DNA of 64,000 bases, taken from contig NIVC01000012.1 of NCBI GenBank assembly GCA_002269645.1, positions 1,550,001 to 1,614,000 of the forward strand. Direction: 5' to 3'. A model generated the notes under the pieces. The model worked only from the letters and a program-made list of their open reading frames with translations. It was not told the origin of the DNA and made no database searches. Position 1 is the stretch's first letter; every line of letters starts with the position of its first letter. The stretch is from Macrostomum lignano. Its lineage: Eukaryota. The translations under genes were made by a program, and so were the position numbers. Positions 1 through 12,984 of the stretch are shown in pieces.

Positions 1-345
1 GCATGAGATACCGGTTGTAGTGCATGAGATACCGGTTGTAGTGCATGAGATAACGGTTGTAGTGCATGAGATAACGGTTGTAGTGCATGAGATAACGGTT
101 GTAGTGCATGAGATACCAGTTGTAGTGCATGAGATACCGGTTGTAGTGCATGAGATACCGGTTGTAGTGCATGAGATACCGGTTGTAGTGCATGAGATAA
201 CGGTTGTAGTGCATGAGATACCGGTTGTAGTGCATGAGATAACGGTTGTAGTGCATGAGATAACGGTTGTAGTGCATGAGATACCAGTTGTACATGAGAT
301 ACTGGTTGTAGTGCATGAGATACCGGTTGTAGTGCATGAGATACT
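1..345. repeat. 21-bp minisatellite (GTAGTGCATGAGATACCGGTT), ~16 copies, truncated by the window start
   Basis: Direct tandem copies with minor variants (ACC/AAC); explains the 20..406 ORF. Confidence 0.95.
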
Positions 346-390
346 GCTTTTACTACTTAGATTACTTAGTGTACTCTATAAGAAAATAAG

Positions 391-921
391 ACAGAATCAA
401 AGGTGAGACAGTGACAGCAGAATCGAGGGTGAGACAGTGACAGAATCGAAGGTGAGACAGTGACAGAATCGAAGGTGAGACAGTGACAAAATCGAGGGTG
501 AGACAGTGACAGAATCGAAGGTGAGACAGTGACAGAATCGAAGGTGAGACAGTGGCAGAAACGAGGGTGAGACAATGACAGAATCAAAGGTGAGACAGTG
601 ACAGAATCGAAGGTGAGACAGTGGCAGAAACGAAGGTAAGACAGTGGCAGAATCGAAGGTGAGACAGTGGCAGAAACGAGGGTGAGACAATGACAGAATC
701 AAAGGTGAGACAGTGACAGAATCGAAGGTGAGACAGTGACAGAATCGAAGGTGAGACAGTGACAGAATCGAAGGTGAGACAGTGCCAGAAACGAAGGTGA
801 GACAGTGACAGAATCGAGAGTGAGACAGTGACAGAACTGAGGATGAGACAGTGACAGAAACGAGGATGAGACAGTGACAGAACTGAGGGTGAGACAGTGA
901 CAGAAACAGTGAGACAGTGAG
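391..921. repeat. 23-bp minisatellite (GAAGGTGAGACAGTGACAGAATC), ~23 copies
   Basis: Tandem copies visible; explains three short repetitive minus-strand ORFs. Confidence 0.95.
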
Positions 922-1304
922 GGTGCGGCATTAAAAAGAAATGGAAATCAGAGAATTAAAGAAAGCTATACGAATGTGCAAAAGATTGTGTGTTCAACAG
1001 CTTAAAAAAATTTAAACTCAATTTAAGTGAGCCATGAATACTGCATACTATATAATATACGGCTCATAATTTCCGTTTTGTAATTATTTAAAGTCAATAA
1101 TGATGCTATATAAAGCCCGTCAAATAAAAGCAAGTTAGAACATGACGTCATTGTGCAATAAAAACCCGGAAAATGGAGTGCAAAAAATGACAGAAGAGAG
1201 TTGAAGGATTTTTATAAATCGAGGGGGGGGGCAAATTAAAGGAAAGCTTTTTTTCAGAACAAAAGCTTGGATTTGCTGGAATTCTCCAAAAGTCCTTCGG
1301 CACA

Positions 1305-1797
1305 TCACGCCTTGCCGCCGGCCCAGCTCTTGCTGTGCATCTGAACTACGTAGGCGCCCGCGAACGATTTAACGCAGGTGGCCTCCTCCGAGTCGCTCAT
1401 CGCTCCGTGGGTTTTGCAGTCCGGCCGGCGATTGGTGATCCAGCTGAATGGGTTAAAGTAGATCGGTGGAAAGATTCTCACATCAGTGTGGCCGTCAGCC
1501 AGGTACTGCTTCAGCTCGGCCATCATGATCAGCGGCCCGGTGCTCTCCTCTGCCCCGCCTTGCTTTCGACTGTCCAGCCGGCGAACAATGCGGTGCAGCA
1601 GTCCGATCCAGAACGGATGTTTCGGCCTGGAGGCCATGAAGGAGTTCTGCACGTAGCTGCCGTTCACGCTGCTGATCCACTGCCCGTCCATGCCGCCGAA
1701 CGCCAGGCCCAGGCCGTTCAGCAGAGGCCGGAAGTCTTTGAGACACACCGTGTCAAGGTCGGCGTAGATGCCGCCAAAGTGCAACAGATAGAGATAC
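1305..1797 (-). CDS. GT32 glycosyltransferase (SUR1/CSG1/OCH1-like, DXD motif), coding exon 2 of 2
   Basis: Acceptor CAG at 1800-1798; the exon reads (R)YLYLLHFGGIYADLD...NSFMASRPKHPFW. The phase-2 junction matches exon 1. Full CDS complement(join(1305..1797,3656..4032)) = 870 nt, 289 aa. Confidence 0.9.
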
Positions 1798-1843
1798 CTG
1801 TGTGTGTGTGTGTTTTGAAGTTACCGTTTAGGGACGTTTTTTA

Positions 1844-2378
1844 AGCTGAGTGAACTGAAGCAATGCAGAATTAAGCGTCTTGCTCAAGGACACAAATTGT
1901 TCCTTAGTGAGTCGAGAGTCAGACCCCTCCCCAAGACTTTGCAGTTCAACGCTCTGACCCAGGGACAACTAAAACACTCGGGACGCAAAACGAGCCAAAG
2001 CATGGTGAAAAAAGTTGGGGGCTCGTTTAAGTCTATGGGCGGCCAGTTTTTCATGCATTAAATGAATTACGATCAGCTTAGCTGCTGAAAAGTAGTATTT
2101 GACTACTAAAAAACCGCCCTACAGAGCACAATGACATAAGTTTAAGCACGTGAGATATTCACGAAGGAAAGGTTTAAACTTGGCATGGTATTTTTCACAT
2201 TCGCATAAGAGTTGAGAGTATGTTATTTGCCCTCACACTTCTTAACGCTTGAGAGTTGCAGTTGGAATTGCCATAGAACGCTGCTTTCAAACGAGCCCCA
2301 AACTTTTTTCACCATGATTTGGCTCGTTTTGCGTCCCGAGTGTTTTAGTTGTCCCTGCTCTGACCACTAGGCTACAAC
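1844..2378 (-). mobile_element. tRNA-derived SINE with a CORE/Meta-like central domain, interrupted by a hAT MITE
   Basis: Removing the MITE and one TSD copy restores GTAGCCTAGTGGTCAGAGCGTTG (tRNA A-box/D-arm-like). It is followed by GTGTCCTTGAGCAAGACGCTTAA...CATTGCTTCAGTTCACTCAGCT. A 26-mer recurs at 20835-20860 (25/26 identical). Confidence 0.6.
1960..2357. mobile_element. hAT-type MITE, ~70-bp TIRs (CAGGGACAAC...GTTGTCCCTG), 8-bp TSD CTCTGACC
   Basis: TIRs at 1960-~2030 and ~2288-2357; TSD at 1952-1959 and 2358-2365. CAG...CTG ends plus an 8-bp TSD are hAT hallmarks. Confidence 0.9.
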
Positions 2379-2392
2379 CCTCAGTATTTCTC

Positions 2393-2511
2393 AGTATGTA
2401 AACTTCACTTACGCCGAAAAAGCTCGTATAATGGTCTGCTTATTTTTCGGGAATGGGCTTGTCTATGGTCACACTCAAGTATCAGTTTGGCGTAAGTGAA
2501 GTTTACATACT
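2393..2511. repeat. Small inverted-repeat element (23-bp arms AGTATGTAAACTTCACTTACGCC), possible mini-MITE
   Basis: Perfect arms at 2393-2415 and 2489-2511; no TSD identified. Confidence 0.6.
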
Positions 2512-2639
2512 ATAATAGCATTATAATGCGATGTCTATGGCCAGAAAGTCCGAGGTCGCATATAATGGATAAAGAATCAGCGGTCGCAGTGCGTGACAAC
2601 GATTGTCTATGGCTCGCGCTCCGGCCTACTGGCTGAAGC

Positions 2640-3337
2640 CAAGGACGACTTAAGTAGAAGGACGGGAAACCTCGTTTCTTAGAAATTTTTTGAAGGCACT
2701 TTTTCCCGAAAAAATACACTGCGGAGATAGGAAATTTTCATTTTTTCAGCACAAAAATTGCTATAACTTTTGATAGGAGGCAGATCCAGAGTTCATCTTT
2801 TGATATGTTGTGCCTTTTTTATTGCTCTATCGATATTTTTAAAGCTTTCCGTTCAGAAAATTAGGATTCTATGTTAATTTTTTATTCTACGTATATTTTC
2901 ATGTGTCTTGTGCTTGAAATACATTAGAATGCCACGGCTCGGCTCTTTGATTTTATGAGTCTATTTTATCCTTCTTACCTGACTGTAAAGCAAATAGTCG
3001 TAACATAGATGATAAAATAGATTCATAAAACCAAATATTAGAGCTGTGTCATGCATTTTTGTGATTTTTAGATACAGGAAATATACGTAGAATAAAAAAT
3101 TAACATAGAATCCTAATTTTCTGAACGGAAAGCTTTATAAATATCGATAGAGCAATAAAAAAGGCACAACATATCAAAAGATCAACACTGGATCTGCCTC
3201 CTATCAAAAGTTATAGCAATTTTTGTGCTGAAAAAATGAAAATTTCCTATCTCCGCAGTGTATTTTTTCGGGAAAAAGTGCCTTCAAAAATTTTCTAAGA
3301 AACGAGGTTTCCCGTCCTTCTACTTAAGTCGTCCTTG
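2640..3337. mobile_element. Long-TIR MITE (~260-bp TIRs, CAAGGACG...CGTCCTTG), 8-bp TSD GCTGAAGC, hAT-like
   Basis: Near-perfect inverted arms at 2640-~2897 and ~3080-3337; TSD at 2632-2639 and 3338-3345. Confidence 0.9.
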
Positions 3338-3655
3338 GCTGAAGCTTGTACGCGAAGGAAATTCCAAAGTCACGATTAACGTTAGACATATTTAACTTCC
3401 TCAGGGCCACGACGGCTTAAGGGAAAGAAATTAGCATTTCCTCCAGGTACAAGCCATTAAGAACTTAGGGGAGACTATTATTAAATTCCAGCAGCCAATA
3501 AAATTCATGGGGGGGGGAATATCCCAATTTTTAGAAAGTCTTGGCCATAGACTCGCTTTCAGATGAGCGATCCTTTTCTATTCCTTCATCCATGATTATA
3601 AAGCTATTATCCTATACGTCTTTCCCAAGCTCATATTTTTGCCACGATTTATTAC

Positions 3656-4032
3656 CTGACCAGATCCGCTCGTTGAACACCGGACTTCAGTTTGTCGTAG
3701 AAATTCAACAACCACGAATAGTGACGCTTGACGAGGTCGCGATTGTCAGCATCCGTCCACAGGTAGTGCCGACAATTGGGTAGGCATTTCAACCAGGTGC
3801 TGCGCCAACGCGTCGCTCTGGGGCTTGGCAAAGTCCGGGTCTTCCAGCTCTGATGAATGATGCAGGGTATGCCAGCTTCCCCAGAAGGAGATTCTGCACC
3901 AGACTCTTCAGCCGTTGATAGCGTAGAACAGCTAAACAACAAGTTCCTGTAACGAGCCATCGCTATGGCAACAAGGCAGATTGCAGCGAGTGCAAGCACC
4001 ATCTTGAGCAGTTGCGATCTTCGCGGCTGCAT
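3656..4032 (-). CDS. GT32 glycosyltransferase, coding exon 1 of 2 (type II membrane anchor plus IIHQSWK motif)
   Basis: ATG at 4032; hydrophobic anchor VLALAAICLVAIAM; IIHQSWKT...YLWTDADNRDLV...QRADLV. Donor AG|GTAAT at 3655. Confidence 0.9.
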
Positions 4033-4370
4033 AACTGTTGGCCCTCCGCTGACACCCGCGAATTGTTGGAGTTGAGGAAGACCTAATTATAGATTAGTTG
4101 GACTCGTTGAATTTAAACAAAAGATTTCGCCATTAGATTAGCAGGTAACCTACAAATATTCCTGATACAGTCAGCAAAATACAATCTATGCACTCTGTAT
4201 TTTCAAGCGGATGGCTCTAATGCAAAACTTTCATTCAATATTTACTTGATACTATTTGAGATTAAACAGTATACCATTACAAATAGTATGAGAGAGAGAG
4301 AGAAGGAGAGAGAGGGAGGGAGCACTGAGTACAAACTAAAATGCAATCCCACCCATTTCCATACTAAACT

Positions 4371-5031
4371 TACTAGATAGCTACAGAAGATCCCCATTAC
4401 ACTAATTGAAAAACAACAAAAAAGATTCCCTCTATTAGACTAGCTGGATAGCTACAAAAGATTCCCTTTGATTAGACTAGCTGGATAGCTACAAAAGATT
4501 CCCTTTGATTAGACTAGCTGGATAGCTACAGAAGATTCCCCTTGATTAGACTAGCTGGATAGCTACAGAAGATTCCCCTTGATTAGACTAGCTGGATAGC
4601 TACAAAAGATTCCCTTTGATTAGACTAGCTGGATAGCTACAGAAGATTCCCCTTGATTAGACTAGCTGGATAGCTACAGAAGATTCCCCTTGATTAGACT
4701 AGCTGGATAGCTACAAAAGATTCCCTTTGATTAGACTAGCTGGATAGCTACAGAAGATTCCCCTTGATTAGACTAGCTGGATAGCTACAGAAGATTCCCC
4801 TTGATTAGACTAGCTGGATAGCTACAGAAGATTCTCCTTGATTAGACTAGCTGGATAGCTACAGAAGATTCTCCTTGATTAGACTAGCTGGATAGCTACA
4901 GAAAATTCTCCTTGATTAGACTAGCTGGATAGCTACAGAAGATTCCCTTTGATTAGACTAGCTGGATAGCTACAGAAGATTCCCTTTGATTAGACTAGCT
5001 GGATAGCTACAGAAGATTCCCCTGATTAGAC
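4371..5031. repeat. 37-bp minisatellite (GATTAGACTAGCTGGATAGCTACAGAAGATTCCCCTT), ~16-17 copies
   Basis: Head-to-tail copies with no unique spacers. Confidence 0.95.
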
Positions 5032-5210
5032 TTCCCTTTCCCTCCACTAGTGCCGTTGCACACAAAAAACTCATACGAGTAACGCTTGCTGTTACGCTCG
5101 TATGTTGTCTTTGCCACTGCTTCAGAATTGTAAGCTCTAAACTTGTCTGAATTCATTTCATATTTTTGTTCCTTTTAGAAATATTACTAATACTTATTTG
5201 CCATTAAAAT

Positions 5211-5886
5211 ACATCCTCTCTACTACCTCTCCCGACACTACCTATCTCAACACTACCTCTCTCTATACTACCTCTCTCTACACTACCTCTCTCTACACTA
5301 CCTCTCTCTATACTACCTCTCTCTACACTACCTCTCTCTCTACACTACCTCTATACTACCTCTCTCTACACTACCTCTATACTACCTCTCTCTCTATACT
5401 ACCTCTATACTACCTCTCTCTCTACACTACCTCTCTCTACACTACCTCTCTCTACACTACCTCTCTCTACACTACCTCTATACTACCTCTCTCTACACTA
5501 CCTCTCTCTACACTACCTCTCTCTATACTACCTCTCTCTACACTACCTCTCTCTACACTACCTCTCTCTATACTACCTCTCTCTATACTACCTCTCTCTA
5601 TACTACCTCTCTCTATACTACCTCTCTCTACACTACCTCTCTCTACACTACCTCTATACTACCTCTCTCTACACTACCTCTATACTACCTCTCTCTACAC
5701 TACCTCTCTCTATACTACCTCTCTCTATACTACCTCTATACTACCTCTCTCTATACTACCTCTCTCTACACTACCTCTCTCTATACTACTTCTCTCTACA
5801 CTACCTCTCTCTACACTACCTCTCTCTACACTACCTCTCTCTACACTACCTCTCTCTACACTACCTCTCTCTACGCTATCTCTACC
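5211..5886. repeat. CT-rich 13-17 bp micro/minisatellite (TACACTACCTCTCTC)
   Basis: Tandem variable-length units; explains the 5198..6007 and 5725..5979 ORFs. Confidence 0.95.
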
Positions 5887-6426
5887 TGCTGGTCGATGTG
5901 GCATTTCGAATTTCTCTCTGATCAGGCAAGTGTACTGCATCAGTGTCTGCAGCTCCAAGTCTCTAAAAAAGAATTTCAAAATAGCTTACTCGAAAAGCAT
6001 ATTTTGAAGCCTTCTGAATGAACTCCCATGAGATTATATCATCATGATTGTTGATTGAAAAAATTTTTTATGCTAGTAATGAGTTCGCCTAAATATTTTA
6101 TTAAAAAATGCGTGTTAACAACGGGTTGAAGACAAATTCGAATAATTAAGTCATATCTTATTAATGTAGTAAGCCGTCCATATACGGTGGAAAATAATCT
6201 TGCTAAGAAGTTCGTAAACACTGTAGATAAGCTGACTGTTGACTTTCACGGATAGGCAAATATTGGGCAAGAGATAAGAGTGAGGATTTTTGCTCTCAGA
6301 AGTTTTGCTTCTTGCACCTTCAGCTGGTCAAAATCTCTTTAGCTAAACTACGAGTAGCTAACTATATGAGATATTTTGCGGTTTTTGGTACAAAATTTTG
6401 CCTCATGTGTTACAAATGTCTTTCAT

Positions 6427-6972
6427 AGGGCGCCAGCTACAGCAGGGGCGCCAGCTACAGAGGAGGCGCCAGCTACATAGGGGGCGCCAGCTACAGAGGG
6501 GGCGCTAGCGACAGAGGGGGCGCCAGCTACAGAGGGGCGCCAGCTACAGAGGGGGCGCCAGCTACAGAGGGGGCGCTAGCGACAGAGGGGGCGCCAGCTA
6601 CAGAGGGGGCGCCAGCGACAGAGGGGTCGCCAGCTACAGAGGGGCGCCAGCTACGAGGGGGCGCCTGCTACAGAGGGGCGCCAGCTACAGAGGGGGCGCC
6701 AGCTACAGAGGGGGCGCCAGCTACAGAGGGGGCGCCAGCTACAGCAGGGGCGCCAGCTACAGCAGGGGGCGCCAGCTACAGAGGGGGCGCCAGCTACAGA
6801 GGGGGCGCCAGCTACAGCAGGGGGCGCCAGCTACAGCAGGGGCGCCAGCTACAGCAGGGGGCGCCAGCTACAGAGGGGGCGCCAGCTACAAAGGGGGCGC
6901 CAGCTACAGCAGGGGGCGCCAGCTACAGCAGGGGCGCCAGCTACAAAAAGGGGCGCCAGCTACAGAGGGTTC
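6427..6972. repeat. 17-19 bp GC-rich minisatellite (AGCTACAGAGGGGGCGCC), ~30 copies
   Basis: Tandem copies; the same unit occurs in reverse orientation at 39220-39505. Confidence 0.95.
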
Positions 6973-7636
6973 GCTAGCAGCATGCAGCTACATACACTAG
7001 TCCACCAAGTAACATGCAGAATGGCCTCTTCATTTCATGTCAAGCTGCACTTTCAAAGCAAAAGTTTGCCCAGCAACCGATTGCCAGTTTTCGGAGATCG
7101 ACATATGCAAGCAAACTTTAAAAAAACTTGTGTACCCAAAGCAAACATCATGCAGGAATAGCATGTCTACCAGCTAAATATGGCATTGAATCATACAAGC
7201 AATTATGTATTCCATTTTCCTCCAAACACTGACAACTAAAGTACAAGGATATACTCGTACAAGGATGTTAAACTCACAAATTTCAGAAATTAAGAGAGAA
7301 TGGTCTCTTCAGTGCTAAAAACAGGAAACTGTGGTCCATCAAATTATACCCTTTCTTTTTATTCATGATCAGTCATGGACAAAACTGAAAGCACACCGCT
7401 TACTTGCCAAACAAGTCAAACGAAGCCAATACTGCATTTCTGGCTTCAAGAATGGCAGTCGGGTCACGTAACTCAGAAATCGATTTTTATACGCATTATT
7501 ATTTCCTATTCCTCGAAGCCAAACTTCAGTCGGGACAAGGAAGGTGGAAATGCACGGAAAATATTTGAAATCATAAAACAACCTTTCTGTGCACTGCCCA
7601 CAACAGCATGTACTACAGAAAACATATAGCACTCTC

Positions 7637-10288
7637 AACAGCACAGATACAGTAGCCTACAGCACAGATACAGTAGCCTACAGCACAGATACAGTAGCCT
7701 ACAGCACAGATACAGTAGCCTACAGCACAGATACAGTAGCCTACAGCACAGATACAGAACCCTACAGCACACATATAGTAGCCTACAGCACATATACAGA
7801 ACCCTACAGCACACATACAGTAGCCTACAGCACATATACAGAACCCTACAGCACACATACAGTAGCCTACAGCACAGATACAGTAGCCTACAGCACACAT
7901 ACAAAACCCCACAGCACACATACAGTAGCCTACAGCACAGATACAGTAGCCTACAGCACAGATACAGTAGCCTACAGCACAGATACAGTAGCCTACAGCA
8001 CAGATACAGAACCCTACAGCACAGATACAGTAGCCTACAGCACAGATACAGAACCCTACAGCACAGATACAGTAGCCTACAGCACAGATACAGTAGCCTA
8101 CAGCACAGATACAGTAGCCTACAGCACAGATACAGTAGCCTACAGCACAGATACAGTAGCCTACAGCACAGATACAGAACCCTACAGCACAGATACAGAA
8201 CCCTACAGCACACATACAGTAGCCTACAGCACAGATACAGTAGCCTACAGCACAGATACAGTAGCCTACAGCACACATACAGTAGCCTACAGCACAGATA
8301 CAAAACCCTACAGCACAGATACAGAACCCTACAGCACACATACAGTAGCCTACAGCACAGATACAGAACCCTACAGCACACATACAGTAGCCTACAGCAC
8401 AGATACAGTAGCCTACAGCACAGATACAGTAGCCTACAGCACAGATACAGTATCCTACAGCACAGATACAGAACCCTACAGCACAGATACAGTAGCCTAC
8501 AGCACAGATACAGAACCCTACAGCACACATACAGTAGCCTACAGCACATATACAGAACCCTACAGCACACATACAGTAGCCTACAGCACATATACCGAAC
8601 CCTACAGCACACATACAGTTGCCTACAGCACAGATACAGTAGCCTACAGCACAGATACAGTAGCCTACAGCACAGATACAGAACCCTACAGCACAGATAC
8701 AGAACCCTACAGCACACATACAGTAGCCTACAGCACAGATACAGTAGCTTACAGCACAGATACAGTAGCCTACAGCACAGATACAGTAGCCTACAGCACA
8801 GATACAGTAGCCTACAGCACAGATACAGTAGCCTACAGCACAGATACAGTAGCCTACAGCACAGATACAGTAGCCTACAGCACAGATACAGTAGCCTACA
8901 GCACAGATACAGTAGCCTACAGCACAGATACAGAACCCTACAGCACAGATACAGTAGCCTACAGCACAGATACAGTAGCCTACAGCACAGATACAGTAGC
9001 CTACAGCACAGATACAGTAGCCTACAGCACAGATACAGTAGCCTACAGCACAGATACAGAACCCTACAGCACACATACAGTAGCCTACAGCACATATACA
9101 GAACCCTACAGCACACATACAGTAGCCTACAGCACAGATACAGTAGCCTACAGCACACATACAGTAGCCTACAGCACAGATACAAAACCCTACAGCACAG
9201 ATACAGAACCCTACAGCACACATACAGTAGCCTACAGCACAGATACAGAACCCTACAGCACACATACAGTAGCCTACAGCACAGATACAGTAGCCTACAG
9301 CACAGATACAGTAGCCTACAGCACAGATACAGTAGCCTACAGCACAGATACAGTAGCCTACAGCACATATACAGAACCCTACAGCACACATACAGTAGCC
9401 TACAGCACAGATACAGTAGCCTACAGCACACATACAGTAGCCTACAGCACATATACAGAACCCTACAGCACACATACAGTTGCCTACAGCACAGATACAG
9501 TAGCCTACAGCACAGATACAGTAGCCTACATCACAGATACAGAACCCTACAGCACAGATACAGAACCCTACAGCACACATACAGTAGCCTACAGCACAGA
9601 TACAGTAGCCTACAGCACAGATACAGTAGCCTACAGCACAGATACAGTAGCCTACAGCACAGATACAGTAGCCTACAGCACAGATACAGTAGCCTACAGC
9701 ACAGATACAGTAGCCTACAGCACAGATACAGAACTCTACAGCACAGATACAGAACCCTACAGCACACATACAGTAGCCTACAGCACAGATACAGAACCCT
9801 ACAGCACAGATACAGTAGCCTACAGCACATATACAGAACCCTACAGCACAGATACAGTAGCCTACAGCACAGATACAGAACCCTACAGCACAGATACAGT
9901 AGCCTACAGCACAGATACAGAACCCTACAGCACAGATACAGTAGCCTACAGCACAGATACAGAACCCTACAGCACAGATACAGTAGCCTACAGCACAGAT
10001 ACAGAACCCTACAGCACACATACAGAACCCTACAGCACAGATACAGTAGCCTACAGCACAGATACAGAACCCTACAGCACAGATACAGTAGCCTACAGCA
10101 CAGATACAGAACCCTACAGCACACATACAGAACCCTACAGCACAGATACAGAACCCTACAGCACAGATACAGAACCCTACAGCACAGATACAGTAGCCTA
10201 CAGGACAGATACAGAACCCTACAGCACAGATACAGAACCCTACAGCACCGATACAGAACCTTACAGCACAGATACAGTAGCCTACAGG
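7637..10288. repeat. 21-bp satellite (ACAGCACAGATACAGTAGCCT / ...AGAACCCT variants), ~125 copies
   Basis: The stop-free 21-mer gives the 912, 899 and 612 aa pseudo-ORFs. Confidence 0.97.
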
Positions 10289-11156
10289 CACCATTTCAAA
10301 TCGCAAATACATTCACTAATCCTGTAAATAAGTGTATAACTACTGCACGGTCCTTCGGACGGAACAATTCACAACACTGCGCATTAGTTGCTTGGGTCTG
10401 AAGAAAACATATGGCAGATTAATTTGCCGCCCAAAGTTCCGGGCCAGTTGGGCCCAGAGCGTGCACAGGATTAAGGAAGGTAACACCTGTTTGCTCGGGT
10501 GAATTAACTCAGTAGGTAAACTGAAGCCAAGCACTTGATCGGTGCAGGCTTACGAATGGCTAAGGCAGTCAGTGCTATTCTTAGAAAGCAGCATTCATGA
10601 AACACAATTTTTCCTAAGGATCTTTTTAGAACGCGTGCCTTTTCATTGCTGATTAGGCCGATTCTGGAGGGTAAAAAGCCCAAAAGGGGTTGGCGGAGGG
10701 GATGGCTCTCAATATTGGCAAAAATGCGCTTGGTGACCCTTCATTTTTTCCAGGTCTCCGCTGAAGGGAGGGGGGCTGCCCCCCCCCCCACCCTGACTGG
10801 TCAATGATTTGTAATTTGTAACTTCTAACAGAGTAACTAGGAGATTAAAATATGCTTTTGCTCAGTGATCGATTACTGAAAATGAAGAGAAAAGTTGATC
10901 AACACTGGGTCCTGAAAAGAGGAACGTGAAATCTGCCTCTAAAAGCGTAAAAGTGCAGAGAAGTATTTCGGGAAAAGTGGATTCAGATCGGAAATTAAAC
11001 TGGGTACAGGATTTCGTGTACAGATCTGGTTGCTTGAGTAGTACTATTGTAGGCTATGCTATTTTTATATTTGAAATAGGGTTTTTTCAAACTAGAGGGC
11101 GCTTAAGAACCCATTGCAGTTTCAGGGACTTTGCAGTTGCAGAGAGGAAAGCAGAT

Positions 11157-11895
11157 AAGCAGATTCTCTGAGACTAAGGGAGAGTAGAGAGGCAGATTCT
11201 CAAGGACTAAGGGAGAGTAGAGAGGCAGATTCTCAAGGATTGAGGGAGAGTAGAGAGGCAGATTCTCAAGGACTGAGGGAGAGTAGAGAGGCAGATTCTC
11301 AAGGATTAATGAAGAGTAGAGAGGCAGATTCTCGAGGACTGAGGGAGAGTAGAGAGGCAGATTCTCAAGGACTGAGGGAGAGTAGAGAGGCAGATTCTCA
11401 AGGATTAATGAAGAGTAGAGAGGCAGATTCTCGAGGACTGAGGGAGAGTAGAGAGGCAGATTCTCAAGGACTGAAAGAGAGTAGAGAGGCAGATTCTCAA
11501 GGACTGAAAGAGAGTAGAGAGGCAGATTCTCAAGGACTGAAAGAGAGAAGAGAGGCAGATTCTCAAGGACTGAAAGAGAGTAGAGAGGCAGATTCTCAAG
11601 GACTGAAAGAGAGTAGAGAGGCAGATTCTCAAGGACTGAAAGAGAGTAGAGAGGCAGATTCTCAAGGACTGAAAGGGAGTAGAGAGGCAGATTCTCAAGG
11701 ATTAATGAAGAGTAGTGAGGCAGATTCTCAAGGATTAATGAAGAGTAGAGAGGCAGATTCTCAAGGATTAATGAAGAGTAGAGAGGCAGATTCTCAAGGA
11801 TTAATGAAGAGTAGAGAGGCAGATTCTCAAGGACTGAGGGAGAGCAGAGAGGCAGATTCTCAAGACTGAGGGAAAGTAGAGAGGCACTCAAGGAC
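11157..11895. repeat. 33-bp minisatellite (AGAGAGGCAGATTCTCAAGGACTGAGGGAGAGT), ~22 copies
   Basis: Tandem copies; same family as 28945-30101 in the opposite orientation. Confidence 0.95.
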
Positions 11896-12595
11896 TGATA
11901 AACAGAGGAAAAAGTGCGAGCGTAAAACCTCCCAAGCCACCGAGCTGAAGGCCTTTCTTCATACCTTTCAACCGCGTTTTCCCGATGAAAGACGACGAGG
12001 CTATACTTCGTGAGCCGTTGTGAATTATTCACAATATCCACCAGGTGCTCAGGTGCTCAGTCGCCGTGAACTAACGCTGCTCTGTGGTTGGTCTGCGTTG
12101 CAGTTTATTCTGCTCTGAATTGGTCCAGACAGCAAGCTTGTCCACGATATAAATGCACTCACTGCATGTTGTGAAGGAAGTACGTGAAGCAATGAGCCAA
12201 TGGTGCTTGGGCTTGAACAGGGGCACGCTTTCTGCTGCAATTTGATATCCACGCATTGGCGATTGTTCAACACTTTTCTGACACCAATCTGAGTCGGGAG
12301 CTAATGATTTTTTCTTTCGACATTGTGTTCTACTGCGACAGGCACCAAAGTATATTTACGAGTACGAGATTTTATTAATAAAGATACAATTACTTAAAGT
12401 CTTGCAAAAATAGCTGAAATTTCCACGTGGCGAGAAAGTGTAAGAGCTTTTGAAAGAATTAAGCCAAGTTGTTAGCTTAAAATGACACTAAGGTGTTTAG
12501 TTAATTTACCGGTTCAGTTAATTTAGTTAATAAAGTGAACAGTTACATATACTCTTGAGCATAACCTCTTGAGGGTCACCTGCTAGACTAAGTTT

Positions 12596-12984
12596 GTCAC
12601 CTGTTCACCTGAGTGTGTGTCACCTGTTCCCCTGAGTGTGTGTCACCTGTTCCCCTGAGTGTGTGTCACCTGTTCACCTGAGTGTGTGTGTCACCTGTTC
12701 GACTGAGTGTGTGTCACCTGTTCCCCTGAGTGTGTGTCATGCACCTGTTCACCTGAGTGTGTGTCACCTGTTCACCTGAGTGTGTGTCACCTGTTCACCT
12801 GAGTGTGTGTCACCTGTTCACCTGAGTGTGTGTGTCACCTGTTCACCTGTGTGTGTGTGTCACCTGTTCACCTGAGTGTGTGTCACCTGTTCACCTGAGT
12901 GTGTGTCACCTGTTCGACTGAGTGTGTGTCACCTGTTCACCTGAGTGTGTGTGTGTCACCTGTTCAACTGAGTGTGACACCTGT
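12596..12984. repeat. 23-25 bp minisatellite (TCACCTGTTCACCTGAGTGTGTG), ~16 copies
   Basis: Tandem copies ending at the LINE target site. Confidence 0.95.

Noticed and set aside
4371-5031. 37-bp repeat of CRISPR-like length (also the 33-bp and 31-bp arrays)
   Set aside because: Units are head-to-tail with no unique spacers, there are no cas genes, and the context is eukaryotic.
7589-10327. 912, 899 and 612 aa ORFs
   Set aside because: Translations of a stop-free 21-bp satellite that is open on both strands; no unique domain, signal peptide or splice context.
11103-12041. LENLPLYS / RESREADSQG repeat proteins here and at 28939-30131
   Set aside because: Artefacts of a 33-bp unit whose length is a multiple of 3.
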